DNA from: Candidatus Micrarchaeota archaeon
GTDB taxonomy: Archaea > B1Sed10-29 > JAJRYS01
Length of the DNA: 64,000 bases
NCBI GenBank assembly: GCA_964496415.1
Contig: CAZBZN010000001.1
Coordinates: forward strand, 1-64,000
Direction: 5' to 3'
Of the stretch, positions 48,392-58,128 are shown in pieces. Made by a program: the position numbers and the translations under genes. The notes under the pieces were generated by a model, which was given only the letters and a program-made list of their open reading frames with translations, was not told where the DNA came from and did no database searches. How positions within the stretch are numbered: position 1 is the first letter of the stretch; each line of letters opens with the position of its first letter.

Positions 48392-49108
48392 TCAAATTTT
48401 TACAGCAGGTTCTTCTTTTCCAATCACGAACACGTAATCTTTTATTGTGTTGAAGGTTTCTTTTTCTGATTGAAGCACTACTTCTGGTTTTCTTGTCATA
48501 GTACCTTCTTTTATTCCTATTATTTTCCCGATTTTTCCAGCGTGTTTTCCGTTAATGACATATCCGAGGTTTCCTGGTTTTAACTCAAATCTTTCAACTA
48601 TCTTTTGTTCTGGGACAGTTATCTTGAATACTTCCCCTACTTTGTATTCTTGGTCTTTGTCAAAAGTAAGGTTTCTTCCATCATGAGTGGTCAGCAGGAT
48701 TTTTCCTCCTTTTATTTTTCTTTTTTTATTCACTCTTACTAGTTTGAAGTTTGCTTCAGTTTCTATTTCTTCTACAATTATTCTTCCTTTTTTGTCAAGC
48801 ATTACTCTGTAGTTTTTACCAAGTTCTGGGATTTGGATTAAATCCATGAATCCTACAGGGAATTTGTGATCAGTTACTTTTCTTCCGTCAACAAGGACTT
48901 TTCCTTGTTTTATTATCTTTTTTGCTTCTTTTGCTGTGTCAGCTAGTTTTAGATAATCTCTTATTATGACTAGTAATGCTACTGCTTCTTTTGGAGAGTG
49001 AGGTCCTGTTCTTGGTTTTGTGAGCCAAGTGCTTATTTTTTTAAGTACCTTTACTTTTCTTCCTGATGCGATTCTTTTAAGTTGTTTTGTTTCTCCTTTT
49101 TTACCCAT
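48392..49108 (-). CDS. rps4e: 30S ribosomal protein eS4
   Basis: LKRI, GPH, VDGRKVTDHKFPVGFMD, HDGRN. Confidence 0.95.
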   Translation of the reverse strand: MGKKGETKQLKRIASGRKVKVLKKISTWLTKPRTGPHSPKEAVALLVIIRDYLKLADTAKEAKKIIKQGKVLVDGRKVTDHKFPVGFMDLIQIPELGKNYRVMLDKKGRIIVEEIETEANFKLVRVNKKRKIKGGKILLTTHDGRNLTFDKDQEYKVGEVFKITVPEQKIVERFELKPGNLGYVINGKHAGKIGKIIGIKEGTMTRKPEVVLQSEKETFNTIKDYVFVIGKEEPAVKI

Positions 49109-49113
49109 TTACA

Positions 49114-49467
49114 TCACTTTCTCATCAAGGCTTTTTTCCTTTTTTCATCACTTAAGTTAAGGCTTGTGATCATAAGGTTTGACGGTTGTAATGGTACTAA
49201 TTTTTCCTCTCCCTTCTGATTTTTCACAGTGATTCCTTTTACGTAGACTAATGCTTTGGTGTGGCTTACTTTTGCTACTTCTCCTTCTTTTCCCTTAAAG
49301 TCTCCTCTCATGATTTTTACTTTATCCCCCTTTCTTATGGGGAAGTTTCTTTTCCCATATTCTTTTTGCAGTTCTTTACTTAGTCTTGCACTTAGGAGTT
49401 TCCTCTTTTTATGAAGAGGAAGATTGTACAGTTTTTTTCTTTGTTTTCTTGGTTGTTTTGATACCAT
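49114..49467 (-). CDS. rpl24: 50S ribosomal protein uL24
   Basis: SKQPRKQRK, GDKVKIMRG, PSNLMIT. Confidence 0.95.
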   Translation of the reverse strand: MVSKQPRKQRKKLYNLPLHKKRKLLSARLSKELQKEYGKRNFPIRKGDKVKIMRGDFKGKEGEVAKVSHTKALVYVKGITVKNQKGEEKLVPLQPSNLMITSLNLSDEKRKKALMRK

Positions 49468-49472
49468 TTGCC

Positions 49473-49871
49473 TCACACTATGTTTTTTGAAATTGTAGAG
49501 ATTTTAGGGAATCTTTCAGCAACTTCTTTTGCTACTACTCCTTTAATTTCAGATGCTTTTGGCTCGTTTTTGTCAGTGATGAGCACGCAAGCATTATCTT
49601 CAAATTTTATCCTTTCCCCACTTGCTCTTCTATATTCTTTTTTTTGCCTTATTAGAACAGCTCTTACTACTTTTTTTCTTAGGTCTTTTTTCCCTTCTAT
49701 TACTGAACCTATGAGGATATCTCCAACACTTATTGTTGGGAGTCTTCTTCTTCTCCCTTTATAGCCTTCTTTTGCTATTACTCTTATTTTTTTAGCTCCT
49801 GAATTATCATCTACTTTTACAACAGAGCCTATTGTTACTCCTCCACTCATTTTTGAGCTTACTGCTTTCAT
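49473..49871 (-). CDS. rpl14: 50S ribosomal protein uL14
   Basis: [19 protein letters not shown]. Confidence 0.96.
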   Translation of the reverse strand: MKAVSSKMSGGVTIGSVVKVDDNSGAKKIRVIAKEGYKGRRRRLPTISVGDILIGSVIEGKKDLRKKVVRAVLIRQKKEYRRASGERIKFEDNACVLITDKNEPKASEIKGVVAKEVAERFPKISTISKNIV

Positions 49872-50161
49872 TTTTTCTGCACCTTTTCGATTACTACGAA
49901 GCTTTTAGTCTTGCTTATTTTTTTACATTCTCCTATTTTTACCTTGTCTCCAACGTTTATTTCCATGCATTCAGGTTTGTGAGCATTAATTCTTGATTTT
50001 CTTCTTTCATATCTTTCATACTTTGGAACAAAGTGTAAGTATTCTCTTTCAACTACTACTGTGTTTTTTGGTTTGTTACTTACCACTACTCCTTCAAGTA
50101 TTATTCCCCTTACTTTTAGATTTCCGTGGATTGGACAGTTTTTGTCTTTGCATTCTTGCAT
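49868..50161 (-). CDS. rps17: 30S ribosomal protein uS17
   Basis: [22 protein letters not shown]. Confidence 0.95.
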   Translation of the reverse strand: MQECKDKNCPIHGNLKVRGIILEGVVVSNKPKNTVVVEREYLHFVPKYERYERRKSRINAHKPECMEINVGDKVKIGECKKISKTKSFVVIEKVQKK

Positions 50162-50429
50162 GGAATTTCCTCCAATATTTTTTTATTCTTTCTTCTGGTC
50201 TGAAGAGGATTTCTTCCCCTTTTATTGTGACTCCTTCAATCATGAACGTGTTGTGTTTTTTGTTTATTTTTTTTATTTCACCGTTTTCCTCTTCTATTAT
50301 TAACAGTTTCATTGTTTCGTCGATGATCTTTCCTTCTTTGCCTATAAGGCTTTTGTCAGGGCTTTTTATTACCCTGACTTTTTTTCCTATTAGTTCTCCC
50401 ATCAAGAGCATTGGTTTTTTGTTTTTCAT
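50094..50429 (-). CDS. rnp1: RNase P protein component 1 (Rpp29/POP4)
   Basis: ELIG, GKIIDET, RPEERIK; gene context. Confidence 0.9.
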   Translation of the reverse strand: MKNKKPMLLMGELIGKKVRVIKSPDKSLIGKEGKIIDETMKLLIIEEENGEIKKINKKHNTFMIEGVTIKGEEILFRPEERIKKYWRKFHARMQRQKLSNPRKSKSKGNNT

Positions 50430-50728
50430 ATGACGTCAATTTGATCTTCATGATAGTTCATTTTTAGCATGATTTGTTTTACTTTTTCTTTATGATCCCC
50501 TTGAAGGATTATTTTCCCGTCTTTTGCAGTTCCACCGCATGCGAGTTTCTTTTTTAATTCTTTTGCGAGACTTGAAAGTTCTTTTTGGTTGTCTATCCCT
50601 TCAATGGTGGTGTATATTTTTCCGAACTTTCTTTTTTCAGTTCTTATTTTTATCTTTTGAGTTGTTTTTGAGATTTCTTTGCACACGCAAAGTTCTTTTG
50701 GCAGCCCACATACTGGACAGATTTCCAT
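50426..50728 (-). CDS. sui1: Translation initiation factor aIF1 (SUI1)
   Basis: CPVCGLPKELC, LKKKLACGGT, LQGDH. Confidence 0.94.
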   Translation of the reverse strand: MEICPVCGLPKELCVCKEISKTTQKIKIRTEKRKFGKIYTTIEGIDNQKELSSLAKELKKKLACGGTAKDGKIILQGDHKEKVKQIMLKMNYHEDQIDVI

Positions 50729-50731
50729 TTT

Positions 50732-50935
50732 TTAGCTAACACCTCTTTCTTTTTTTATTGTTAGTATCCTTGCTATTGTTTTTCTCATTTCTCTTATTTT
50801 TCCAGGGTTTTCTGGTTTTGCACCGCTTTTTACTGCTGATCTTTCTCTTGCTATTTCTCCTCTTAGTTCTTTTTCTATCTTTTCAAGTTCTTCAGTTGTT
50901 TTTTCTCTCAGTTCTTTTATTCTGTAAATTGCCAT
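50732..50935 (-). CDS. rpl29: 50S ribosomal protein uL29
   Basis: ELREKT, NPGKIREMRKTIARILT. Confidence 0.94.
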   Translation of the reverse strand: MAIYRIKELREKTTEELEKIEKELRGEIARERSAVKSGAKPENPGKIREMRKTIARILTIKKERGVS

Positions 50936-50940
50936 AAGCA

Positions 50941-51786
50941 TCACTTATGCACTCTCTTATGAGCTGAGAGCCCTCTTTTGGAATTAAACTCTTTTCCACA
51001 GATCTCACATTTGAACACTTGCTTTTTTTCAGTTTCTTCAGCTATCTCTTTTATTACTTCCTTTGCAGTTTCTTTTTCAGGTTTTTCAGGAATCACTTCT
51101 TCACTTAGCTCTTTTATTCCTGTTTCTTTTATTTCTTCAGCTGCTTTCTTTTCTTCAGGAAGCACTGTTGTTTCTTCAGCTATCTCTTCTATGCCTGGTT
51201 TTTGAATTTCGATTTTGTCAGGGAATTTAAGTTCTCTTGGAACAATTCTAACAGTTATCCCAATTACTCCTTGTTTTAGGAAAGCCTGCATTTTTGTTTC
51301 TTTTATCTGATTAACAGGATCACCTGCTTTTTTCAAATAGCCTCTTGCTACTCTTTCTTTTCTTGATCTTGCTCCTTTACTTTGAGTACCATCAGCTATT
51401 ATTTCAACACCTATGGCTCCAGCATCCATTACTCTTTTTGCAGCTTTTTTAATTGCTATTCTTGGTTTTGTTCCTCTTTCAATCATTCTTTTTACCCATC
51501 TTGCGATTACTGTTGGTTCAAGGTCTGGGTTTTGTACTTCAATAACTTCAAGTTGAGGATTTTCTATTCCAAGTTCTTTTTCAAGTCTTTCGTTAAGTTC
51601 TTTTATGTTTGACCCTTTTCTTCCAATTACTAATGCTATTCTTTCAGCTATTATTCCTATTCTTGTTGAGATAGGGGTTCTTTGAATTTCAACGTCAACT
51701 ATTCCGGCTCTTTCTAATTCTTTTTTTATGAATTCCCTTGTCTTAAGTCTTTTTACTGCTTCTTCAACGAATTTTCTTTCAATCAT
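50941..51786 (-). CDS. rps3: 30S ribosomal protein uS3 with acidic linker and C-terminal C2H2 zinc finger
   Basis: KH domain (VIGRKG), GAIGVEI, GVIGITVRI; tail FKCEICGKEFNSKRGLSAHKRVH. Confidence 0.94.
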   Translation of the reverse strand: MIERKFVEEAVKRLKTREFIKKELERAGIVDVEIQRTPISTRIGIIAERIALVIGRKGSNIKELNERLEKELGIENPQLEVIEVQNPDLEPTVIARWVKRMIERGTKPRIAIKKAAKRVMDAGAIGVEIIADGTQSKGARSRKERVARGYLKKAGDPVNQIKETKMQAFLKQGVIGITVRIVPRELKFPDKIEIQKPGIEEIAEETTVLPEEKKAAEEIKETGIKELSEEVIPEKPEKETAKEVIKEIAEETEKKQVFKCEICGKEFNSKRGLSAHKRVHK

Positions 51787-51789
51787 TTT

Positions 51790-52254
51790 TCATACCTCTT
51801 TTACTACTATTTCTACATTGGCTAGTTCAATGTTATGCATCATTCCACTAGTGTATGAAAATCCTCCTCTTGAGCCTGTCTTTGGTTTTACTCTTTCAAG
51901 GGTTATTGTCTTGTAAGCAGTAGCATGAATTATTTTGAGTTTTTCAGTGTCAAGACCCTTTTGTTCAGCATTGTTTTTAGCATTTTCAAGTATTTTTTTA
52001 ATTATTTTTGCTGCTTTTACAGGATATCCTCCTGGAATTCCTCCTTTTCTATGTGCTATGCCTGTATTATATCTTCTGTAAGGAACGAATTCTTTTCTTT
52101 GCATTACTTTTTCAAGGTATTCTATTGCTTTGTTTAGTTTCATGTTTTTTATAGTGTAACAAATCTCATTGCATTTTTTCCATGATACATTAAGGTCTTT
52201 TCCTAATGCTCTTGCTGTTTTTTCTAAGTCACCTTGGTATGAGTATCCTTTCAT
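51790..52254 (-). CDS. rpl22: 50S ribosomal protein uL22
   Basis: VPYRRYN, YPVKAA, NAEQKGL. Confidence 0.94.
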   Translation of the reverse strand: MKGYSYQGDLEKTARALGKDLNVSWKKCNEICYTIKNMKLNKAIEYLEKVMQRKEFVPYRRYNTGIAHRKGGIPGGYPVKAAKIIKKILENAKNNAEQKGLDTEKLKIIHATAYKTITLERVKPKTGSRGGFSYTSGMMHNIELANVEIVVKEV

Positions 52255-52260
52255 TTTTCA

Positions 52261-52647
52261 TCACTTCATTGAAGCAAACTTAGTGCTCCTAGTAGCCCCT
52301 ATTCCAGGGCCAGAGTGAATCACTCTTTTTCTGGTTATTGCGAATTCTCCTAAGTAATGCCCAAGCATTTCAGGTTTTATTTCAACAACATTCCATTCTT
52401 TTCCGTTGTGGATTGCTATTTTTTTACCAAGCATTTCTGGAATGATTATCATGTCTCTAACATGAGTTCTTACTATTTTTTTATCTCCTTTTTTCCTTAG
52501 TTTTTTAAGCAAGGTTTTTTGAGGTTCTTTAAATCCTCTTTTAATAGTTCTTCTTGCTCTTGCAGTAAGCAATTCTGCAAATTCTTCCAGACTCATTTTC
52601 TTAAGTTCTTCTACTGTTTTTCCCTTAAACTTAAACTCTTTTGCCAT
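52261..52647 (-). CDS. rps19: 30S ribosomal protein uS19
   Basis: RTHVRD, HNGKEW, GHYLGEF, GATRS. Confidence 0.96.
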   Translation of the reverse strand: MAKEFKFKGKTVEELKKMSLEEFAELLTARARRTIKRGFKEPQKTLLKKLRKKGDKKIVRTHVRDMIIIPEMLGKKIAIHNGKEWNVVEIKPEMLGHYLGEFAITRKRVIHSGPGIGATRSTKFASMK

Positions 52648-52653
52648 GTTTCA

Positions 52654-53370
52654 TCACGCGCGTTTTCTTCTTCCAGTTCTCCTTGCTCCGAAGGAACCAA
52701 CGTGTTGTCCAGGTGATCCTCCCTTTCCTTTCTTTGTCTTTGCTCCATGATGTTCTTTTCCACCGAAAGGATGTTCATAAGCAGCCATTTTTACTCCTCT
52801 TACTGTTGGGTATCTTTGTCCTTTTGCTTTCTTTCTTTTGTAATTATTTCCTGCTTTTAACAGAGGCTTTTTTGTTCTGCCTCCCCCTGAAGCATTACCA
52901 ATAGTTGCAAAGCATCTTGGGTCAAATGATTTTACTTTTTTAGAAGGAAGTCTTAATACTACTTCTTTTTCACTTTTGCTCATTATTAGGCATACTGCTC
53001 CTGAAGCTCTTGCAAGGTTTCCTCCTTTTCCTGGTTTTACTTCAACATTGAATACTGGAAATCCTTCAGGGATTTTTCCTAATGGCAGTATGTTACCTAT
53101 TTCTGGTTTTGCTTCTTCACCATGATGAATTATTTTTCCAACGCTTAATCCCTCAGCACTTGGAACATAAGCTTCTTTTCCATCTTCGTATAATAGTTTT
53201 GCAAGAACAACAGTTCTTGCAGGGTCATCTATTAAGTCAACTACTTGTGCTTTCATTGTTTTTCCTTGTGGGATTGACCTATAAACAGCATCTGCTTTGA
53301 ACCTCGTATGATTAGCTTGAAATGTTGGGCTTCCTTTTCCTCTTCTTTGAGTTATTAATGGTTTTCCCAT
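52654..53370 (-). CDS. rpl2: 50S ribosomal protein uL2
   Basis: QRRGKGS, DPAR, ARASG, VRGVKM, HPFGG. Confidence 0.96.
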   Translation of the reverse strand: MGKPLITQRRGKGSPTFQANHTRFKADAVYRSIPQGKTMKAQVVDLIDDPARTVVLAKLLYEDGKEAYVPSAEGLSVGKIIHHGEEAKPEIGNILPLGKIPEGFPVFNVEVKPGKGGNLARASGAVCLIMSKSEKEVVLRLPSKKVKSFDPRCFATIGNASGGGRTKKPLLKAGNNYKRKKAKGQRYPTVRGVKMAAYEHPFGGKEHHGAKTKKGKGGSPGQHVGSFGARRTGRRKRA

Positions 53371-53376
53371 TTTTCA

Positions 53377-53625
53377 TCACATTAGTTTAAGTTTTGTAGC
53401 TAAGTCCAAAGCACTTGATTCTTTACTTAGTTTTACAAGTGCTTTTTTAGGTCCTTTTATTGTTCTTATAGTGTTCACTTTTTCTACTTTTACTCCGTAA
53501 AGTTCTTCTATTGCTTTTTTTATCTGTGCTTTAGTAGCTTCTTTTTCAACTACAAAGATGATTTTATTTTCTTTTTCAATCATTCCTACTGCTTTTTCAG
53601 ACACGACTGGGTAAAGGATAACCAT
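53377..53625 (-). CDS. rpl23: 50S ribosomal protein uL23
   Basis: YPVVSEKA, ATKAQIK, VEKVNT, KKALVKL. Confidence 0.95.
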   Translation of the reverse strand: MVILYPVVSEKAVGMIEKENKIIFVVEKEATKAQIKKAIEELYGVKVEKVNTIRTIKGPKKALVKLSKESSALDLATKLKLM

Positions 53626-53631
53626 TATTTT

Positions 53632-54432
53632 TCACCTGAACTTTTGTCCTATTTCTTTTAAAGCACTCTCAGTGAATACAGTTAATCTTCCAGGGTCTCC
53701 TCCAGGGGCAAGGTGGTCAATGTTTAATTCTTTTACAGTGCATACTTCAACTCCAGGGATGTTACTTCCTGCTTTTTTGATTCCTTTGTCTTCTTTTATT
53801 ACTATTAAAGGACCTTTTTTCTTCTTGTATTTTCTTCCTCTCATTTTTCCTTTTCCTGCTTTTATTTTCTTCTTTTCACATCTTTTTAGTTCTTCTTTTA
53901 ATCCTAAGTTTTCAAGAAGTTTTCTTACTTCTTTTGTTTTTTTGAGTTCTTCTGCTTTGTCTTCTAAAACTATTGGAAGAGTGTTTAGTTTTGTTACTTT
54001 ATGCCCTCTTTTTTCAGCTAGTTCTTTTTTTGCAGTTGCTGCTATAGCTGATTTCATTGCCTTGGCTTTTTCTTTCTTGTTAATTTTTTCAATTATTTTC
54101 TTTTCTGTTTTTGGAGGATGAGCTCTTCTACCTCCTTTTGCTTGCGGGACTCTTTTTACGTCTCCCCATCTTCCTTCAGGGAGTTTTTCTCTTGGAAGCC
54201 TTGCTCTTCCAATGTTAATACTTGTTCTATAAACTTTATGCCTTCTTCCAACGTATTCTGCTGAAGTCATTAATCCAGCAAGTTTAAAAGCTCCTTTTAT
54301 CTGGTATAATTTTGACCTGAAAGCATGAAAAGCTCTTCTTATGATATCCTTTCTTAATTCTTCGTTGAATACTTCTGGAAGTTGTATTTCTTTTATTGGT
54401 TTTCCTTCAAGGTCAAATACTTGTGTTTTCAT
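53632..54432 (-). CDS. rpl4: 50S ribosomal protein uL4
   Basis: GRARLPR, GGRRAHPPK, AGKGKMRGR, LAPGGDPGRLT. Confidence 0.96.
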   Translation of the reverse strand: MKTQVFDLEGKPIKEIQLPEVFNEELRKDIIRRAFHAFRSKLYQIKGAFKLAGLMTSAEYVGRRHKVYRTSINIGRARLPREKLPEGRWGDVKRVPQAKGGRRAHPPKTEKKIIEKINKKEKAKAMKSAIAATAKKELAEKRGHKVTKLNTLPIVLEDKAEELKKTKEVRKLLENLGLKEELKRCEKKKIKAGKGKMRGRKYKKKKGPLIVIKEDKGIKKAGSNIPGVEVCTVKELNIDHLAPGGDPGRLTVFTESALKEIGQKFR

Positions 54433-54438
54433 TTTTCA

Positions 54439-55425
54439 TCATCCTTGTTGTGATTTTGTTATTATTTGTTCAATACTTGGTAATGGAAGATCTTTGTTTT
54501 TCCTTAGAGCTTCTCTTATTACTATTGTTCTCTTCTTAGGTCCTGGAACTGATCCTTTTATTAAGATGTAGTCTGCTTTTACTTCACCGTAATTTACAAA
54601 TCCTCCTTTTGGAGTGACTTCTTTTCCATCTGTTCCTATTTTAAGAATTCTTTTGTTAAGCTCTGTTCTTCTTTGGAATCCCATTTGACCAGTCATTGGA
54701 ACAGTGTAAAGGACTCTGGCAGGATGCCAGGCGCCTATTGCTCCAGGCATTCTTCTATGTCCTTTTGCTTTCCTTGTTTGGATTTTTATTCCAAATCTTT
54801 TTACAGGCCCCTGGGTTCCTTTTCCTTTAGTTACTCCTATAACGTCGACCCATGCTCCTTCTGTGAATATGTCACTTATTTTTACTTCTTTTCCTAAAAG
54901 TTCAAGGCCTTTTTTCCATGCTTCTTCAACACTTCCTCCTATCTTAAGTTCCATTATTTCAGGAGTCTTCTTAAGTCCTATCTTATCAGGCTGAGTGTGA
55001 ATTATTGCTCTTACTTCTTTTACTTTTGAAAGCATGCCTTCAATTTCTTTTATTCTTTTTTTATGATCGTAATTTTTTGGTAAGATTATTTTTCTTCCAA
55101 CATTTTTGCTTAGTTTTTCAGCCCATACTTCTGTAAGTGTTTTTAGCCCTTCAGGTGTTTTTTCATAGACTCTTATTCCAAGTACTACAATTGGCGGGCA
55201 TTCAAGAACAGTGACTGGAATCGCTATTTTTTTTCCAAAAGCTGGAGACTTCTCGTAAGTCTCAGTGGCTATTATTTGGGTCATTCCAGCTTTGTATGCT
55301 GGAAACCCAAGAATTTTAGGTTCAGCTGTTTCTTTGAAGCTTTTAACATCTGGGTAAATCCTCTTTGCTCTTTTACGAGGATAGAATGCAAGTGATCCTC
55401 TTCTTGGTCCGCTTCTTTTTCCCAT
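54439..55425 (-). CDS. rpl3: 50S ribosomal protein uL3
   Basis: PRRGSL, YKAGMT, TKGKGTQGPVKRFG, GQMG, GSVPGP. Confidence 0.97.
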   Translation of the reverse strand: MGKRSGPRRGSLAFYPRKRAKRIYPDVKSFKETAEPKILGFPAYKAGMTQIIATETYEKSPAFGKKIAIPVTVLECPPIVVLGIRVYEKTPEGLKTLTEVWAEKLSKNVGRKIILPKNYDHKKRIKEIEGMLSKVKEVRAIIHTQPDKIGLKKTPEIMELKIGGSVEEAWKKGLELLGKEVKISDIFTEGAWVDVIGVTKGKGTQGPVKRFGIKIQTRKAKGHRRMPGAIGAWHPARVLYTVPMTGQMGFQRRTELNKRILKIGTDGKEVTPKGGFVNYGEVKADYILIKGSVPGPKKRTIVIREALRKNKDLPLPSIEQIITKSQQG

Positions 55426-55628
55426 TGTGATTCACGTCTTAAAGTTAATTTTAGGTGATTATGAAAGGCAAAAACCCGCCTTCAGGCCATAAAAACCAAA
55501 GGCCTTCAAGTGCCGCCGGACATATTTTCAAATAAAAAGCAAGTATAATTCTTATCAAAACAATATATAAATGTTGTGGTAAGGTTTTTGGTTAAAGTTT
55601 AAATACTCTTATTGTTTTTTAGTTTTTG

Positions 55629-57530
55629 ATGAGGATTCTTAAAAAAGTTGACGTGCTTGAAAAGAAAGGTAAGAAAGTGGTATTATTAGGAAATGAAGCT
55701 ATTGTCAGGGGAGCGTTAGAAGCAGGAGTAGGAGTTGCTACTGCTTACCCAGGAACTCCTTCTTCTGAAGTTCCAATGACTTTTTCAAGAATAGCCAAGC
55801 AAGCCGGAGTGTATTTTGAGTATTCCACTAATGAAAAAGTTGCTTTTGAAACAGCTGCTGGAGCAGCTTATTCAGGTGTTCCAGCTATCGTTTCAATGAA
55901 GCATTTTGGGCTTAATGTTGCTTCTGATTCAGTAATGCCTGTTATTTATACTGGTGTCAAGGCTCCTTTGATTATAATGGTTGCTGATGATCCTCAAGGT
56001 TGGAGTTCAGCCCAGTCAGAGCAAGATTCAAGGTTTTACTCAAGATTAGGCCATATCCCAACAATAGAGCCAGCTAATCCTCAAGAATGTAAGGACTTCA
56101 CAGTCCTTGCTTTTAAGATTTCAGAGGAATTCAACATCCCTGTAATGCTTAGGACTACTACTAAAGTGAGCCATTCTATTGGAACAGTAAAGCTTGGTGA
56201 AGTCAAGAAACCAAAAAGAAAAGGAAAGTTTGTGAAGGATAAAAAGGTTTACTATAACATAAGACCTAATCTTCAAAAGCTTCATGAGCTTTTGCTTGAA
56301 AAAAATGAAAAAATAAGGAAAAAATATTCTGAAAAGTTAGTTGATGTTATCCCAGGTTCAAAAAATCTCGGCGTGATTTGTTCAGGAGTTTCTTATGAAT
56401 ACGTGCTTGAAGCAGTTAAGGAAATGAAAGTAAAGCCAAGGATTTTAAGAATTAAGATGACTTATCCTCTTCCAGTAAAAATGATTTCAAAGTTTATCAA
56501 AGACCTTAAGTCAGTGGTTGTTGTTGAAGAACTTGAGCCAATAATAGAAGAAGAAGTTAAAGCCATAGCTAAGGAGGTTAACCCCAAACTTGTTGTTCAT
56601 GGAAAGGATTTATTACCTTCAGTAGGAGAGTATAACACTGAAGACATTATTTCTGCTTTTGAGAAGCTTTACAAAAAGAAGTATCATATTGATTTTAAGA
56701 AACATTTAAGGAAAGCAGAAGCCATGGTTAAGGACTTACCTCCAAGAAAGCCCTCTTTCTGTCAAGGATGTCCTCATAGGTCAACTTTTTACGCGGTCAA
56801 GAAAGTACTTGGAAGCAAGACAATTTACGCAGGAGATATTGGTTGTTATATTTTGGGAATTTTTGAGCCTTATGAAATGCAGGATTTTATAATAAGCATG
56901 GGGGCCTCTGAAGGAATAACTCATGGGATTATGAAGTCAACAAAGCAAAAGCCAGTAGTGTTCATAGGGGATTCTACTTTTTTCCATGCAGGAATGCCTG
57001 GGTTGGCTAACTTTCATTTTAACAAGACAGACGCATTAGTAATCATTCTTGACAATTCAGTTACTGCAATGACAGGACATCAACCTCATCCAGGTACTGG
57101 GAGAACAGGAATGAATGAATCAGTACCAGCTTTAAAACTTGAAGAAATAGCCAAAGCATTAGGAGCTGACAACGTAAGAGTAGTTAATTCTTTCAACCAA
57201 AAAGAAGTTCAAAAGGCAGTTAAGGAATTGTATTCTAAGCCAGGTGTGAATGTTATTGTTTCAAGAGGAGAGTGTAGGCTTTTGTTCATGAGAGAAATGA
57301 AAAAAGAGCAAATTCAAGTTCCAAAGTTCCAGATTGATCCTGAAAAATGCGTTAAGTGTGGGGTGTGCACTGATGAATTTGCCTGCCCTGCGATCATAAA
57401 AGAAGGTAAAGGAAAGAATGCCAAATATTATATTAACGAGGACATGTGCTGGGGTTGTTCTGTCTGCGCTCAAATATGTCCTTATAATGCAATAAAACCA
57501 GCAAGGCTGGTTAAGAGGGATGATTTATGA
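55629..57530 (+). CDS. iorA: Indolepyruvate:ferredoxin oxidoreductase alpha subunit
   Basis: LGNEAIVRG, YPGTPSSE, NEKVAFE, CQGCPH, GDIGCY, GDSTFFH, two C-terminal 4Fe-4S motifs. Confidence 0.95.
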   Translation: MRILKKVDVLEKKGKKVVLLGNEAIVRGALEAGVGVATAYPGTPSSEVPMTFSRIAKQAGVYFEYSTNEKVAFETAAGAAYSGVPAIVSMKHFGLNVASDSVMPVIYTGVKAPLIIMVADDPQGWSSAQSEQDSRFYSRLGHIPTIEPANPQECKDFTVLAFKISEEFNIPVMLRTTTKVSHSIGTVKLGEVKKPKRKGKFVKDKKVYYNIRPNLQKLHELLLEKNEKIRKKYSEKLVDVIPGSKNLGVICSGVSYEYVLEAVKEMKVKPRILRIKMTYPLPVKMISKFIKDLKSVVVVEELEPIIEEEVKAIAKEVNPKLVVHGKDLLPSVGEYNTEDIISAFEKLYKKKYHIDFKKHLRKAEAMVKDLPPRKPSFCQGCPHRSTFYAVKKVLGSKTIYAGDIGCYILGIFEPYEMQDFIISMGASEGITHGIMKSTKQKPVVFIGDSTFFHAGMPGLANFHFNKTDALVIILDNSVTAMTGHQPHPGTGRTGMNESVPALKLEEIAKALGADNVRVVNSFNQKEVQKAVKELYSKPGVNVIVSRGECRLLFMREMKKEQIQVPKFQIDPEKCVKCGVCTDEFACPAIIKEGKGKNAKYYINEDMCWGCSVCAQICPYNAIKPARLVKRDDL

Positions 57531-58123
57531 CTGATGTCTTGCTTACTGGTATTGGAGGTCAGGGGGTTTTAAGCACTTCAGCAGTACTTGCAAGAGCTGC
57601 TCAACTTGATGGTTTTTTTGTCAGAGGCGTCACGCTTCATGGTCTTGCTCAAAGAGGAGGCTCAACTCATACTTTCATCAGGTTTTCCAAGGATAAAGTA
57701 TTCTCACCATCTGTTTTAACTGCTAACGCTGATTTGATTCTTGCTTTTGAGCCTTTAGAAGCATTACGAGTTTTGAAATACGCGTCTAAAGAAAAAACAG
57801 CAATAGTGGTTAATGATTATCCTTTGACTCCAATTTATTCTAACGTGCTGAAAATACCTTATCCTAAAAAGGAAGAAATAATGTCAAAGCTTAAGAAGTT
57901 TTCAAAAGAAGTAGTAGTCTTTAATGCTTTTGGAAAAACAAAAGAAGAATATGGCAATATTCTTTATGGCAATTTAATGCTTCTAGGAATCAGCATTGGA
58001 AAAGGATTTTTAAATCTTTCTGAAAAAAATGTTGAAAAAGCAATACTCTGCACGATAAAGTACGACTTGGATAAAAACTTAAAGGCCTTCAGGGAAGGCG
58101 TGAGCCTTGGTAAAAAATTATAG
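57527..58123 (+). CDS. iorB: Indolepyruvate:ferredoxin oxidoreductase beta subunit
   Basis: GIGGQG, HGLAQRGG, EPLEALR, NLKAF. Confidence 0.94.
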   Translation: MTDVLLTGIGGQGVLSTSAVLARAAQLDGFFVRGVTLHGLAQRGGSTHTFIRFSKDKVFSPSVLTANADLILAFEPLEALRVLKYASKEKTAIVVNDYPLTPIYSNVLKIPYPKKEEIMSKLKKFSKEVVVFNAFGKTKEEYGNILYGNLMLLGISIGKGFLNLSEKNVEKAILCTIKYDLDKNLKAFREGVSLGKKL

Positions 58124-58128
58124 GCTGC

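Noticed and set aside
47595..48437. Long antisense ORFs (for example 280 aa here) over ribosomal and other core genes
   Set aside because: They are Phe/Ser/Leu-rich mirror translations of Lys/Glu-rich sense genes, with no motifs
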